Part shown: one piece after another, positions 11,065 through 33,463 of the stretch | How positions within the stretch are numbered: position 1 is the first letter of the stretch | How the letters are laid out: each line of letters opens with the position of its first letter | Assembly (NCBI GenBank): GCA_002269645.1 | Contig: NIVC01000713.1 | Coordinates: forward strand, 1 to 64,000 | DNA length: 64,000 nt | DNA from: Macrostomum lignano | Taxonomy: Eukaryota | Direction: 5' to 3' | Notes under the pieces: generated by a model | What the model saw: only the letters and a program-made list of their open reading frames with translations | Told to the model about the DNA's origin: nothing | The model's database searches: none | Made by a program: the position numbers and the translations under genes

Positions 11065-12732
11065 ATGTCGACAGAAACCTATCGGAACATGAGCCTGTAT
11101 GGCAACCCCTACCCGGAGCAGATTCACGAGATACCGCTGAATCTGATGAACAAACTGTGCAAATCCTTGGATTTCGAGGATAAAAAGGACAAACTTGGTG
11201 AGTAGATAAATTATTGCTGGACTAAAGTGTACCTTTTTTATGCATCTTTTTACACCTATGTACATAAAATCCATCTATTTTATCTACTTCCTCTTTCTAT
11301 CTACACATCCATCTACTCTAACTATTGTACTACTAATCATTTACCTCATCTACTCATCCATGTACCCATCTACTCATTCATCTACTCCATCTACTTATCC
11401 ATCTACCCATCTAATTATCCATCTACCCATCTACTTATCTATCTACCCATCTAATTATCCATCTACCCATGTACTTATCCATCTAAACCCATCTACATGT
11501 ACTTATCCATCTCCCCCATTAAAGAATCCGTCCTCTAAGCTCTCCGCTGCACTCTACCCTATGTAAATATCTACCCGTGAAAATAGGCAATTTACCGACA
11601 CCATGAAAATGCCAAACAAAAACTCCAACACCCCCAACCAGCCCGAGCTCTCGGCTACGAGAGGTCGCAGTTTCGCCAGTTCGAACGTCACGGCCTGTCG
11701 TTCTCGCGAAGCCTCCTGCAGGACTGGAGCTGCCGCCGGGGCAGCATCAAGGTGTTGTACACCGAGCTGGTCAGGGCCAAACTCATTGAGGAGGCGCTCA
11801 TGATACAGCCTTATGGTTGGTGAAAGAGTAGCATATGAGTTGGTGACTGAAGAAGTTCTTTCTGATGTTTTAGTGACCGAAAAGTTTCTTGTTGATGCGT
11901 TGGTGCTTGAAGAAGTTCTTGTAGATGCGTTGGTGACCGAAAAGTTTCTTGTTGATGCGTTGGTGCTTGAAGAAGTTCTTGTAGATGCGTTGGTGACCGA
12001 AAAGGTTCTTGTTGATGTGTTGTTGACTGAAGAAGTTCTTGTTGATGCGTTGGTGACCGAAAAGGTTTTTGTTGATGCGTTGGTGACTGAAGAAGTTCTT
12101 GTTGATGTGTTGTTGACTGAAGAAGTTCTTGTTGATGTGTTGGTGACTGAAGAAGTTCTTGTTGATGTGTTGGCGACTGAAGAAGTTCTTGTTGATGCGT
12201 TGGTGACCGAAAAGGTTTTTGTTGATGCGTTGGTGACTGAAGAAGTTCTTGTTGATGTGTTGTTGACTGAAGAAGTTCTTGTTGATGTGTTGGTGACTGA
12301 AGAAGTTCTTGTTGATGTGTTGGCGACTGAAGAAGTTCTTGTTGATGCGTTGGTGCCTGAAGAAGTTCTTGTTGATGTGTTGGTGACTGAAGAAGTTCTT
12401 GTTGATGTGTTGGCGACTGAAGAAGTTCTTGTTGATGCGTTGGTGCCTGGAGAAGTTCTTGTTGATGCGTTGGTGACTGAAGAAGTTCTTGTTGATGTGT
12501 TGGTGACTGAAGAATGATCGCTAAAATCAGTTGGTGGCTGAAGAAGTTCTTGTTGATGTATTGGTGGCTGAAGAAGTTCCTGTTGATTCGTTGGTACCAA
12601 TATCCCTGAACCTACAAACTTCCAGTGAGGCCAGTGGCCAGGATTAAGATCCCAGTTCAAGGTTGGGACAAGGAGACCTCGACGGAAGATCTCGGCTTCG
12701 ACCTGAAGTACCTTGTGGTCCGAGATGATTAA
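11065..12732 (+). CDS. Small death-domain protein (Pelle/IRAK/Tube/MyD88-like DD), 137 aa, no kinase or TIR seen
   Basis: Exons 11065-11197, 11642-11815, 12626-12732 (phase 1/1, total 414 nt). Protein: MSTETYRNMSLYGNPYPEQIHEIPLNLMNKLCKSLDFEDKKDKLARALGYERSQFRQFERHGLSFSRSLLQDWSCRRGSIKVLYTELVRAKLIEEALMIQPYVRPVARIKIPVQGWDKETSTEDLGFDLKYLVVRDD*. Helical LA..LG...F......S..LL.DW....SI..L..EL pattern typical of death domains. Confidence 0.75.
11270..11510. repeat. Degenerate ~20-bp repeat (ATCTACCCATCTAATTATCC)
   Basis: Tandem pyrimidine/A-rich units in intron 1 of the death-domain gene. Confidence 0.8.
11835..12595. repeat. 30-bp minisatellite TTGGTGACTGAAGAAGTTCTTGTTGATG(C/T)G
   Basis: About 25 units in intron 2 of the death-domain gene; period 30 is obvious from the line register. 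Confidence 0.95.
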
Positions 12733-13544
12733 TTATCGACAGCATCAATTAATTAATGATTGTAATTTTAAATAATGCGCTTAGAATTTGTTTTAAATGA
12801 CGCTTTGTAAACAAATTCAAACTTGATTTTAAATGTGTTGCACAAGCCCTCAACCACTCTTTCACAATGGGTATAAGTACCGATATGAATGTACATAAAA
12901 CAGCATTTCAACGACCCATAATACACTCAGACCCAGTTGCTCTCAGATACAAAATTGACTAGATTTTTCCTGAGAATAAATGCAAATAACTCGGTGACAC
13001 CAGAACTTTGCTGCTTTTTGATCATGCATCCTTAGAGTTCCCGAATCAATTCTTTGGGAAAACGCAAGCCTTACTAATTTTAGTGGTATTTGTAGAATTT
13101 CAGCTATTAAAAACTTACACATCATCTGCTTAAGATGAATACTTACTCACTGATTTTATGCTTATTAAATAGGTACACAAATTCAAATTGGAACTTTATG
13201 GAATCTGGGAATCTGTCCTACTTGAATAAGAAAAAAAACAATTTCTCTAAGTGACAAAAGGCTTAAATTTGCACTTGAATGAAAAGGTTAAAATCTTTAA
13301 TGACAATATATTCTAGTTTAATCATACATTCACAGATATGGGCATTGAATGAATATTTGCAGCTAAGTTTAGCGAAGTTTAGATTACACGGATATGAATA
13401 TTGCAATGACTTAAGCCCGATAAAACACACCAACTCATAATTGATGGGTTTAGTGGCAAAAACTATTTGATGGAAAAACTTTAGCTGAGAAAACTAATTC
13501 ACAGTGAGTTACAGCTCTATATGAGTGTTGTATGAGTTCAAGTT

Positions 13545-14919
13545 GCCGGCTCCACATCTGGTCACTCCAGCTCCATTTAGTCACTCTAGTCAATCTATTC
13601 ACTCCAGCTCCATATCTGGATTCTGGTCACTCTAGATCTACTAGTGTATCTCGTCACTCCAGATCTACATCTCGTCACTCCAGTTCTACACATCTCGTCA
13701 CTTCAGATCTACACATCTCGTCACTTCAGTTCTACATATCTCGTCACTTCAGATCTACACATCTCGTCACTTCAGATCTACACATCTCGTCACTCCAGTT
13801 CTACACATCTCATCACTTCAGATCTACACATCTCGTCACTTCAGATCTACACATCTCGTCACTTCAGTTCTACACATCTCGTCACTTCAGATCTACACAT
13901 CGCGTCACTTCAGTTCTACATATCTCGTCACTTCAGATCTACACATCTCGTCACTTCAGTTCTACACATCTCGTCACTTCAGATCTACACATCTCGTCAC
14001 TTCAGTTCTACATATCTCGTCACTTCAGATCTACACATCTCGTCACTTCAGATCTACATCTCGTCACTCCAGTTCTACACATCTCGTCACTTCAGTTCTA
14101 CACATCTCGTCACTTCAGATCTACACATCTCGTCACTCCAGATCTACACATCTCATCACTTCAGATCTACACATCTCGTCACTTCAGATCTACACATCTC
14201 ATCACTTCAGTTCTACACATCTCGTCACTCCAGATCTACACATTTCGTCACTTCAGGTCTACACATCTCGTCACTTCAGATCTACATCTCGTCACTTCAG
14301 ATCTACATCTCGTCACTCCAGTTATACACATCTCGTCACTTCAGTTCTACACATCTCGTCACTTCAGATCTACACATCTCGTCACTCCAGATCTACACAT
14401 CTCATCACTTCAGATCTACACATCTCGTCACTTCAGATCTACACATCTCATCACTTCAGTTCTACACATCTCGTCACTCCAGATCTACACATTTCGTCAC
14501 TTCAGGTCTACACATCTCGTCACTTCAGATCTACATCTCGTCACTTCAGATCTACATCTCGTCACTCCAGTTATACACATCTCGTCACTTCAGTTCTACA
14601 CATCTCGTCACTTCAGATCTACACATCTCATCACTTCAGATCTACATCTCGTCACTTCAGATCTACATCTCGTCACTCCAGTTATACACATCTCGTCACT
14701 TCAGTTCTACACATCTCGTCACTCCAGTTCTACACATCTCGTCACTCCAGATCTACATCTCGTCACTTCAGATCTACATATCTCGTCACTTCAGATCTAC
14801 ACATCTCGTCACTCCAGATCTACATCTCGTCACTTCAGATCTACATATCTCGTCACTTCAGATCTACACATCTCATCACTTCAGATCTACATCTCGTCAC
14901 TTCAGATCTACATATCTCG

Positions 14920-14925
<6 letters not shown>
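13545..14925. repeat. 21/23-bp minisatellite (CA)CATCTCGTCACTTCAGATCTA
   Basis: About 60 units, starting at the FBXO21 stop codon; source of the 13532/13644 pseudo-ORFs. Confidence 0.95.
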
Positions 14926-26011
<11,086 letters not shown>

Positions 26012-26159
26012 CGGATGGAGAGGTGAGACTGCCTGTGTGAGTATAAGACCGAATGTTAATCATAACTCCCTGCTGTCTCTAAACCTGATGAACTTGTTAG
26101 TAAGCAGGAATTAACGTTGAAAATGTCGATTTTTTTGCTAGCTAGAATCAAAGCTTAGT

Positions 26160-26790
26160 CACCAGATTTAAGGCCTATTCACGAGATCAATGTCACAAAT
26201 TTTGTCTCATTAAGTCTCATTAAGATTCATTGATTAGATTCAAGACTCCTTCACAATATTCACGACTCATTCACAAGTTTTAATAAAACTAATTTAGAAA
26301 ACTTGGGACACATTCAAAAAATTTAAGGCTCATTCACAAGATTTAGGACCCATTCACAAGATTTAAAACAGATTCACAAGGTTTCAGACTAGTTCTTCAG
26401 AAGATTTAATACACCTTCACAAGATTTCAGACTAGTTCTTCACAAGATTTAATACACATTCACAATATTTCAGACTAGTTCTTCACAAGATTTAATACAC
26501 ATTCACAAAATTTCAGACTAGTTCTTCACAAGATTTAATACACATTCACAAGATTGAAGACCCAATCACAAAATTTAAGACCCATTCACAAGATTTAAGA
26601 CCCATTCAGAGAATTTAAGACTCATTCAAACTATTAAAGACCCATTCACAAGATTTCCGACTAGTTCTTCACAAGATTTAGGACTTATTCACAAGATTTA
26701 GGTCCCATTCACAAGATTCAGACTCATTCACAATATTTAACACAAATTCACAAGATTTACCAACACAAATCACAAGTCTTCATAAGAAAT
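26160..26790. repeat. Degenerate ~21/42-bp repeat (CCCATTCACAAGATTTAAGA)
   Basis: Recurring TTCACAAGATTT core. Confidence 0.8.
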
Positions 26791-27009
26791 CTTACCTATG
26801 AGCTGCAATTGCAATAATAAAATAAACGAAATAATTAAAAAAGATATTGATATCACTATTTGCATTAAACTTATTACTGATTTCTTTCAGAGAAAAAGCT
26901 GTTATATTTATACATCTACAAGTGTCTGGTCCATTAAAGAAACAAAGAAAAAGAGATAACAGTGGCAATAAAATAATGAATAGGAATAACAAGAAGTCAA
27001 TAATTTGCT

Positions 27010-27375
27010 AATCTGGGTGACATGTAAGCACAGGGAAAGGCGGACTAACGCACCACGCTGCCGGCTATCCCGCACGGCTGTCCCCTGTTCTTCCTTCCGC
27101 AGAGACACCAGTGCGGTGACCATGGCCATCTCAGCTTTGCCAGGCATTGCTATCTCCGGTGTTCAGAATGCGGAGCACTTCATCCGTGAATGCTCAACCA
27201 CCGAGAATCTCTGCAAGCTCGTCCGCTACCTACGGACGGGCTACGGGGCGAGCGACAGTCCACCTCCAGGACTCTCCGGGGGGGAGGGGGACCGCAGCAC
27301 CAGCTGCCTGTGGTTGCCAGGGCTTATAGCGGTATATCCGGGATGCCCAAAACCCCCTGCAGCTGAGTCAAATAA
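27010..27375 (+). mobile_element. Internally deleted, diverged copy of the 3' end of the R1/LOA-like LINE
   Basis: Collinear blocks matching 18607-19170 (AAGCACAGGG..CGGACTAACGC, GCTGTCCCCTGT, GCGGTGACCATGGCC, GAATGCGGAGCACTTCATC, GTCCGCTACCTA, CCCCCTGCAGC..AGTCAA) with several gaps. Confidence 0.85.
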
Positions 27376-28011
27376 TTCACCAGTTCACTGTGCTTCATTT
27401 AATACGCAACTAGAAACGCTGGCTCTCAAGAAAGTGCACCAGTGCACTATAAATAACAGAATAACTATTTACAGGGAAACAGAACCTGCTATTACAGAAT
27501 CTGCAAGCCGGTATTCACAGAATACAAATAGCTGTAAGATTAAAAAGATTTTTTTATTCTTTAAAAAGAGACATTAACACACGCGGCACTACTCACGGAA
27601 ATCGTTCGCGATAGTAGTAATATGACAACATCGGTTTCTTTGAAATTTTAAATTAAAGTATCTAAACAAAAGTCCAAGATTAAATTGAAAGAGAAGTTCT
27701 GAACGCAAATATTGGAATAAAGCAACTGACCTACAAATCTCCGATTCTAATAAAATTCAACTCAATGATGTTGGAGCATTCATTAATAATATCTCTTGAG
27801 CAGTGCCCGAACATCATGGTGTGTGTAACGTGTGAACTTAAAAATATTATTTTCTGCTTGCTCAGATGACCAAAAATTTTAAGCCATTAATGCCATGGGC
27901 AAATGGTTTGCTAGCTTGGGCTGACTGAATTCAGTTAGCAGGGGAGCCCTCCGGGCAGGTTGGGGGGGGGGATTTAAGACAGAGAGACTCGTCTGGACAG
28001 CTGGGCCCGGC

Positions 28012-28172
28012 TCAGCTGTGCATCTCGAAGGGTCCCACGGCCGCGCCAGCTCGGCGGCGCAGATCGTCAAAGTTGATGCCGGGCACTTTGAAGTGGTTCT
28101 CCAGCACCGTGTCGTTGCTGTTGTACCCGAACACCTGCGGGTTCCCGGTGTTTATGGCGGGTATGTGCCTGA

Positions 28173-28209
<37 letters not shown>

Positions 28210-28408
28210 GGCAGACAGTCAGACAGAAAGACAGGCAGACAGGCAGACAGACAGACAGACAGGCAGACAGACAGGCAGACAGACAGACAGACAGGCAGAC
28301 AGACAGACAGACAGACAGGCAGACAGACAGGCAGACAGACAGGCAGACAGGCAGACAGGCAGACAGACAGGCAGACAGGCAGACAGACAGACAGACAGAC
28401 AGGCAGAA

Positions 28409-28441
<33 letters not shown>

Positions 28442-28951
28442 GGCAGACAGACAGGCAGACAGGCAGACAGACAGGCAGACAGACAGGCAGACAGACAGGC
28501 AGACAGACAGGCAGACAGGCAGACAGACAGGCAGACAGACAGACAGGCAGACAGGCAGGCAGACAGGCAGACAGACAGACAGACAGGCAGACAGACAGAC
28601 AGGCAGACAGGCAGACAGGCAGACAGACAGGCAGACAGGCAGACAGACAGGCAGACAGACAGACAGACAGACAGACAGGCAGACAGACAGACAGGCAGAC
28701 AGGCAGACAGGCAGACAGACAGGCAGACAGACAGGCAGACAGACAGACAGGCAGACAGGCAGACAGACAGGCAGACAGACAGGCAGACAGACAGACAGAC
28801 AGACAGGCAGACAGACAGGCAGACAGACAGACAGGCAGACAGGCAGACAGGCAGACAGGCAGACAGGCAGACAGGCAGACAGGCAGACAGGCAGACAGAC
28901 AGACAGACAGACAGGCAGACAGACAGACAGACAGACAGGCAGACAGACAGG

Positions 28952-28982
<31 letters not shown>

Positions 28983-29179
28983 GCAGACAGGCAGACAGAC
29001 AGACAGACAGACAAACAGACAAACAGACAGGCAGACAGACAGGCAGACAGACAGGCAGACAGACAGGCAGACAGGCAGACAGACAGGCAGACAGGCAGAC
29101 AGACAGACAGACAGGCAGACAGACAGACAGGCAGACAGACAGGCAGACAGACAGACAGGCAGACAGGCAGACAGACAGG

Positions 29180-29210
<31 letters not shown>

Positions 29211-31292
29211 GCAGACAGGCAGACAGACAGACAGACAGACAGGCAGGCAGACAGACAGACAGACAGGCAGACAGGCTCACCTTCTGCCGGCACTCGTAGG
29301 CGGTCACATTGAACTGGAAAGCCAGGCCCAGCACAACATTAAGCGCCGACATGTCGTAGAAATGGCAGCCGCTGTACTTAAAATACGGCGGCCTGTTAAA
29401 GTCGCAGCCGCTCTGATGCGCCCCCAACGGCTGCCAGCAGTCAGAGTTGAGCGCGCACTTCACCCAGGGCAGCATGACCCTGGTGTGCAGGAACTCCGTA
29501 TAGTACAGCACCAGGTGCGCGGAGGCCACCATGTGCAGAAAGTAGAAATCTCTGGGGTCGGCATTCAGATAGGCGAACGTCTGCGGGTGCGTGAGAGCGG
29601 AGGCTGGCGGCGGGATGGTCCAGGCCTGAATGCCGACCCGCCTGGCAGCTGTCAGGGTCGGGGCGATCTCCTCAGCGTCCACCACAAAGTAGTAGGGAGT
29701 GCGGCGCAGGTCTGACCAGATCACTCCGCCATAGTCTTTTAGTAGCATTTGAATTGCCAGCGGTTTGAAAGCATTGGTGCCGGTGCTCTGCACGTGCGAA
29801 GGGAACTTGTCGAAATCGAACGCTTCGATTCGACACCTGAATAGCGAGTTAAGGGGGGGGGGGGGGCAACAAGGGTGTAGGCGTGAACAGCATGGCATGA
29901 CAACAACAACATGCAGTAGCCTAGTGGTATTATGCTAGCGGCCCAGGCTCGATTCCCAGTTCAGTCGCATTAATTTGAGGCTAAATTGAAATCTCGGCTT
30001 GGCTCTGCTATTGTCGACACGGCATGTTTTACAGGGGGTTGTAGCCTAGTGGTTAGAGCGTCGGACTCAAGACTTGAAGGTCGTGGGTTCGATTCCCGGT
30101 CACACTGGAACAATTTGTGTCCTTGAGCAAGACACCTAACTCTGCATTGCTTCAGTTCACCCAGCTGTAAAATGCGTGCCAGCATTAGCTGAGGTGACTG
30201 AGGGTGTGTGTGGCACCCCCCCCTTGGACTGAACAGCCGTACGCAGCCTTCAGATGCGCCGCGCAATAGCTGCAGGCTGAGCTGTCGGTTGCACATCTGG
30301 CTCAATCGGGGCAGGTGTAATCAATTATTATTACTAATTACTAATTATAAATTAGGGCCGCTGTACACTTCCGTGTGAGTGTGCGTATGACTGCGTACGT
30401 CAGCCGAATGGGCAGTAATGCCTCTCGCCGCTTTTGTGACAATGTCGCCCTGCTTCTAATACAGTTTGCCTCAGACTGACCTTGTAGTGACATTGCATCG
30501 CTTCTTCAGCTTATTCAGATCGGACATGTGCAGGCCGGTGTCCATCAGCACCAGAAGCGTATCGTTCAGGTTGGCCCGCACCGAGTCCAGCAGATCGAAC
30601 GCGTACACATAGTCGCTAGTCGAAACGCTTGAAGCAACAATGAAGCCAAGACTGCCGGCATCTTTTGCTAATTTAAAGTTTCCCTCCTGCTTCTGCTGCT
30701 GTTTGGAAGAGGAGGCTGAGGCTGCCGCAGGGTGGGATTCGAACCTACCCAACAGGCCCAGATACTCCAAGTAGGTCTCGTCGGCGTCAAGGTCGCCAAC
30801 GGCACTGCGAGAGCCGCCAACTGCGCTTCCGGCAGCCGCGTTGATGCCGCCGCGGATGGCGCTGACGCCGGTGTGAATCCGCTTGTTGGTGTCCTGCACA
30901 AACGACTCCAGCTGGGGGAACGGCCGGAACAGCAGGTACAGCGTGAGGTTGGTGATCAGAATTAGCATGAGAAGTAGCAGGGGCCGGCGGAACCGGGGCA
31001 TGCTACCGGAGATGAGCATTGAGTACAGGCTGCTGGCTTCCCTGACTATAGTGCGACGGCTGTCAGCGAATCGGCCGCTTTTGCTGCTACTAGGAGGAGA
31101 AGAAGAAGAAGAAGAAGAAGCGATAGCAGAAGTGGCAGCGGCGGAGGCGGCAGCGTCAGTCAGAGGCTCCCGGCAGCGGGAATCCGAGTCGCAATCCGAG
31201 TCCGATTCGTCGCTGCTGCTGTCAATCAGTTTGCGACTGGCGGCGGAGTCGGCGGCGGCGGCAGAAGCAGAAGACTGGCTCAAAGCAGACAT
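28012..31292 (-). CDS. DUF1647-family type II membrane protein (putative GT-A-fold sugar transferase)
   Basis: Exons 31292-30481, 29836-29281, 28168-28012 (or stop at 28067 in the uncorrected frame). TM anchor RRPLLLLMLILITNLTLYLLF; motifs FDFDKFPSHV..NAFKP..I..L..YGGVIWSD, THPQTFAYL, WVKCAL..DCWQP.GA..GC..Y.GCHFYDMSALNVVL. The last exon reads best one base off the exon-2 phase. Confidence 0.8.
28173..29275. repeat. (AGAC/AGGC)n microsatellite making up essentially the whole last DUF1647 intron
   Basis: About 275 tetramers running from donor +6 to acceptor -5. Confidence 0.98.
29916..29960 (+). mobile_element. Degenerate tRNA-like SINE head fragment
   Basis: GTAGCCTAGTGGT ... GGCTCGATTCCC: A-box and B-box-like motifs resembling the intact head at 30036. 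Confidence 0.5.
30034..30350 (+). mobile_element. tRNA-derived CORE-type SINE
   Basis: A box TAGCCTAGTGG (30042-30052); B box GGTTCGATTCC (30086-30096); CORE-like TGTGTCCTTGAGCAAGACACCTAACTC..TGCTTCAGTTCACCCAGCTGTAAAATG (about 30116-30175); AT-rich tail ATTATTATTACTAATTACTAATT. Lies in DUF1647 intron 1. Confidence 0.85.
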
Positions 31293-32109
31293 GAAACTTG
31301 GCCAAGCAATTTGGATTGAGAAAATTCTGGATAAAGAGATTCGCAACTGAGCCCCGCCTAAAGCTGACAAGGGCTGCCAGATTGAGGTTCAAATCTAATA
31401 AAAATTTCTACTCAGAAAACTCTGATTTTAACCAGCTGCTCTTTGATTTTGCACAGACAGTTTTGATTTAATAGAAGGCTGCAGGCGCTGTAAAAAAAGT
31501 TAGTAACAATACAAATAAATCATAGTTAGTTTTCCAATAAAATCTATAATAAAACTTCTAAATTTGACATTTAGCCTAGGTTCAACATTCTCTTTAAAAT
31601 CTTGGCTTGATATGCAAGCACTTATATTTGCATGAAGACATTCTCTTGGACAGGTTGTTTGTCAAGCAGTTTAAAAAGCAATTAGACAAAATGCAAAATG
31701 ATATTTTCATATCATCTGTACCTTTTGCATCTTTAAAACTTATCATAATTTTAATTTTGAAATAGTTTTTGAAAAAGTTTGAAACAGATTGACAAGAAAG
31801 TTATAAAAATGCTATAAAAAGTATAAGCAACTAAATGTATTGCTAAAAATCAATACACAAGAGTCTTTTTGCTAAAAATTAATGATAGCTATATCAATAT
31901 ATTATGGCCACTATTTTTAACTTTCAAATAACAGAAACATGATTAAAATGTTAAATTATTGTTTAGCAAATCAATTCATAATAAATGGCATAACATATGC
32001 AAATATGTATTGGTTTCCCGACAGACATTCAGACAGACATTCAGAAATCGCTCAGTAATTGTTTAACAAAATTTTCTATTTAGTATGCAAGACAGTGTAA
32101 ATTTTTAGA

Positions 32110-32370
32110 CATTTTTACGCATGTCTCTGCTTTAAAAAGACACCTCAGACATCCACAAAGATGCCTCACAAGCTGAGATATTCCATAGCAACTGTTGTTA
32201 CAACGTTTTCCAATATACCGAATATTGTATGTAGTAGTTTTTTGAGAAGCCGCTACATCGTCCCACTTTGGTCTTTCTGCATGAAATTTGCACAGCTGTT
32301 TTACGCATGTCTCTACTTTAAAAAGACACCTCAGACACACACAAAGACACTTCACAAGCTGAGAAATACA
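32110..32370. repeat. ~70-bp direct duplication (32110-32184 and 32296-32370)
   Basis: TTTTACGCATGTCTCT(G/A)CTTTAAAAAGACACCTCAGACA..CACAAAGA..C.TCACAAGCTGAGA occurs twice. Confidence 0.8.
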
Positions 32371-33463
32371 TGCTTTAAGATTGAGTTCAACTAATTTTAT
32401 TTTACTATAGGATTTTGATTTTCCCGCCTAGGCCTATACAATACTATACACTTGAGTTTTGTATAGCAACAGGCCAATTGCCAAACTATACTTCATGAAC
32501 CACTGAATATACAGATATTAGGCTATCTAGATTATTAACTCTATAAAACTTATATAGTTTGAAATTTTTTATTAGTAATGATAAATTAGCCTTAATTATT
32601 GTCTTGGATTTGGCTTAGTTAACAAAATTGCACATGTTATATTTTTTTAAAACAACTAACAACAAGGACCAGTGACAATGTGCCTTAAAATATATAATGA
32701 CATCTGATTTTATTACTCAATGACATTGGCAATACATGTTATATAATGGATCTATATACTACTGTGAGTTCCTGACATAACTTTAAGTTGGTAAAGAAAG
32801 TTGTCATTTAATTCCTACTATTAACAGTGCAATACTAAACAATAGCAAAGCAAAAAAGTTTTATATAGGGAGCCTAAATTTGTTACATAAAATTGTATGT
32901 TTTTAATGAAACACTTAAAGCCTTATTATAATTTACTATTATTTATTTAATTATTTAAATTTATTTAATTATAGTGACAACTTTAAAGCATCTATTTAGC
33001 ATGATCTTCACTATGAACTACATCTATCACCTTTAAAAGCTAAATGTCTAAGCACAGGACAAATAGCATGTCAATGTCAATGTCATTGACTTGTACTTTC
33101 TGTGGCATGCACATTAGGACTTAAAGGCAAGGCTATCTGCTTCAAGTAAAGAAATTTTTATGACATCATTATTCCATGTTGTGTATGCCATGGCGCCATG
33201 TCATCGGCATGTAATGTCAGAACATTGTGTACTTTACTATCGTTAATTACACAATGTTCAATGGCAAATGTTTATTGGCAGGTTTTCCAACTGTTGATGT
33301 TTGTTGACTAAAATATAATTTATATTTCCCAATGATATGATTGGGCCTTGTATAGAGTAAGGCTAATACCGACACTGCCATTCTTCTTTATTTACTCAGT
33401 TGCGTTTTTATTTAATGGAAACCATTCAAACCGACAAGATATTTCTTTAACACACGCAGCAAA

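Noticed and set aside
11554-12660. 368-aa Ser/Thr-rich mucin-like ORF (-) and 234-aa VTEEVLVD ORF (+)
   Set aside because: Both are read-throughs of a 30-bp intronic minisatellite; the real gene here is the spliced death-domain gene on +.
28018-29898. 400-560-aa RQTD / CLSV ORFs
   Set aside because: Tetranucleotide microsatellite inside an intron with clear GT-AG boundaries.
30036-30105. Functional tRNA gene
   Set aside because: Acceptor and anticodon stems pair poorly and the sequence continues into a CORE domain and tail, so it is a SINE head.
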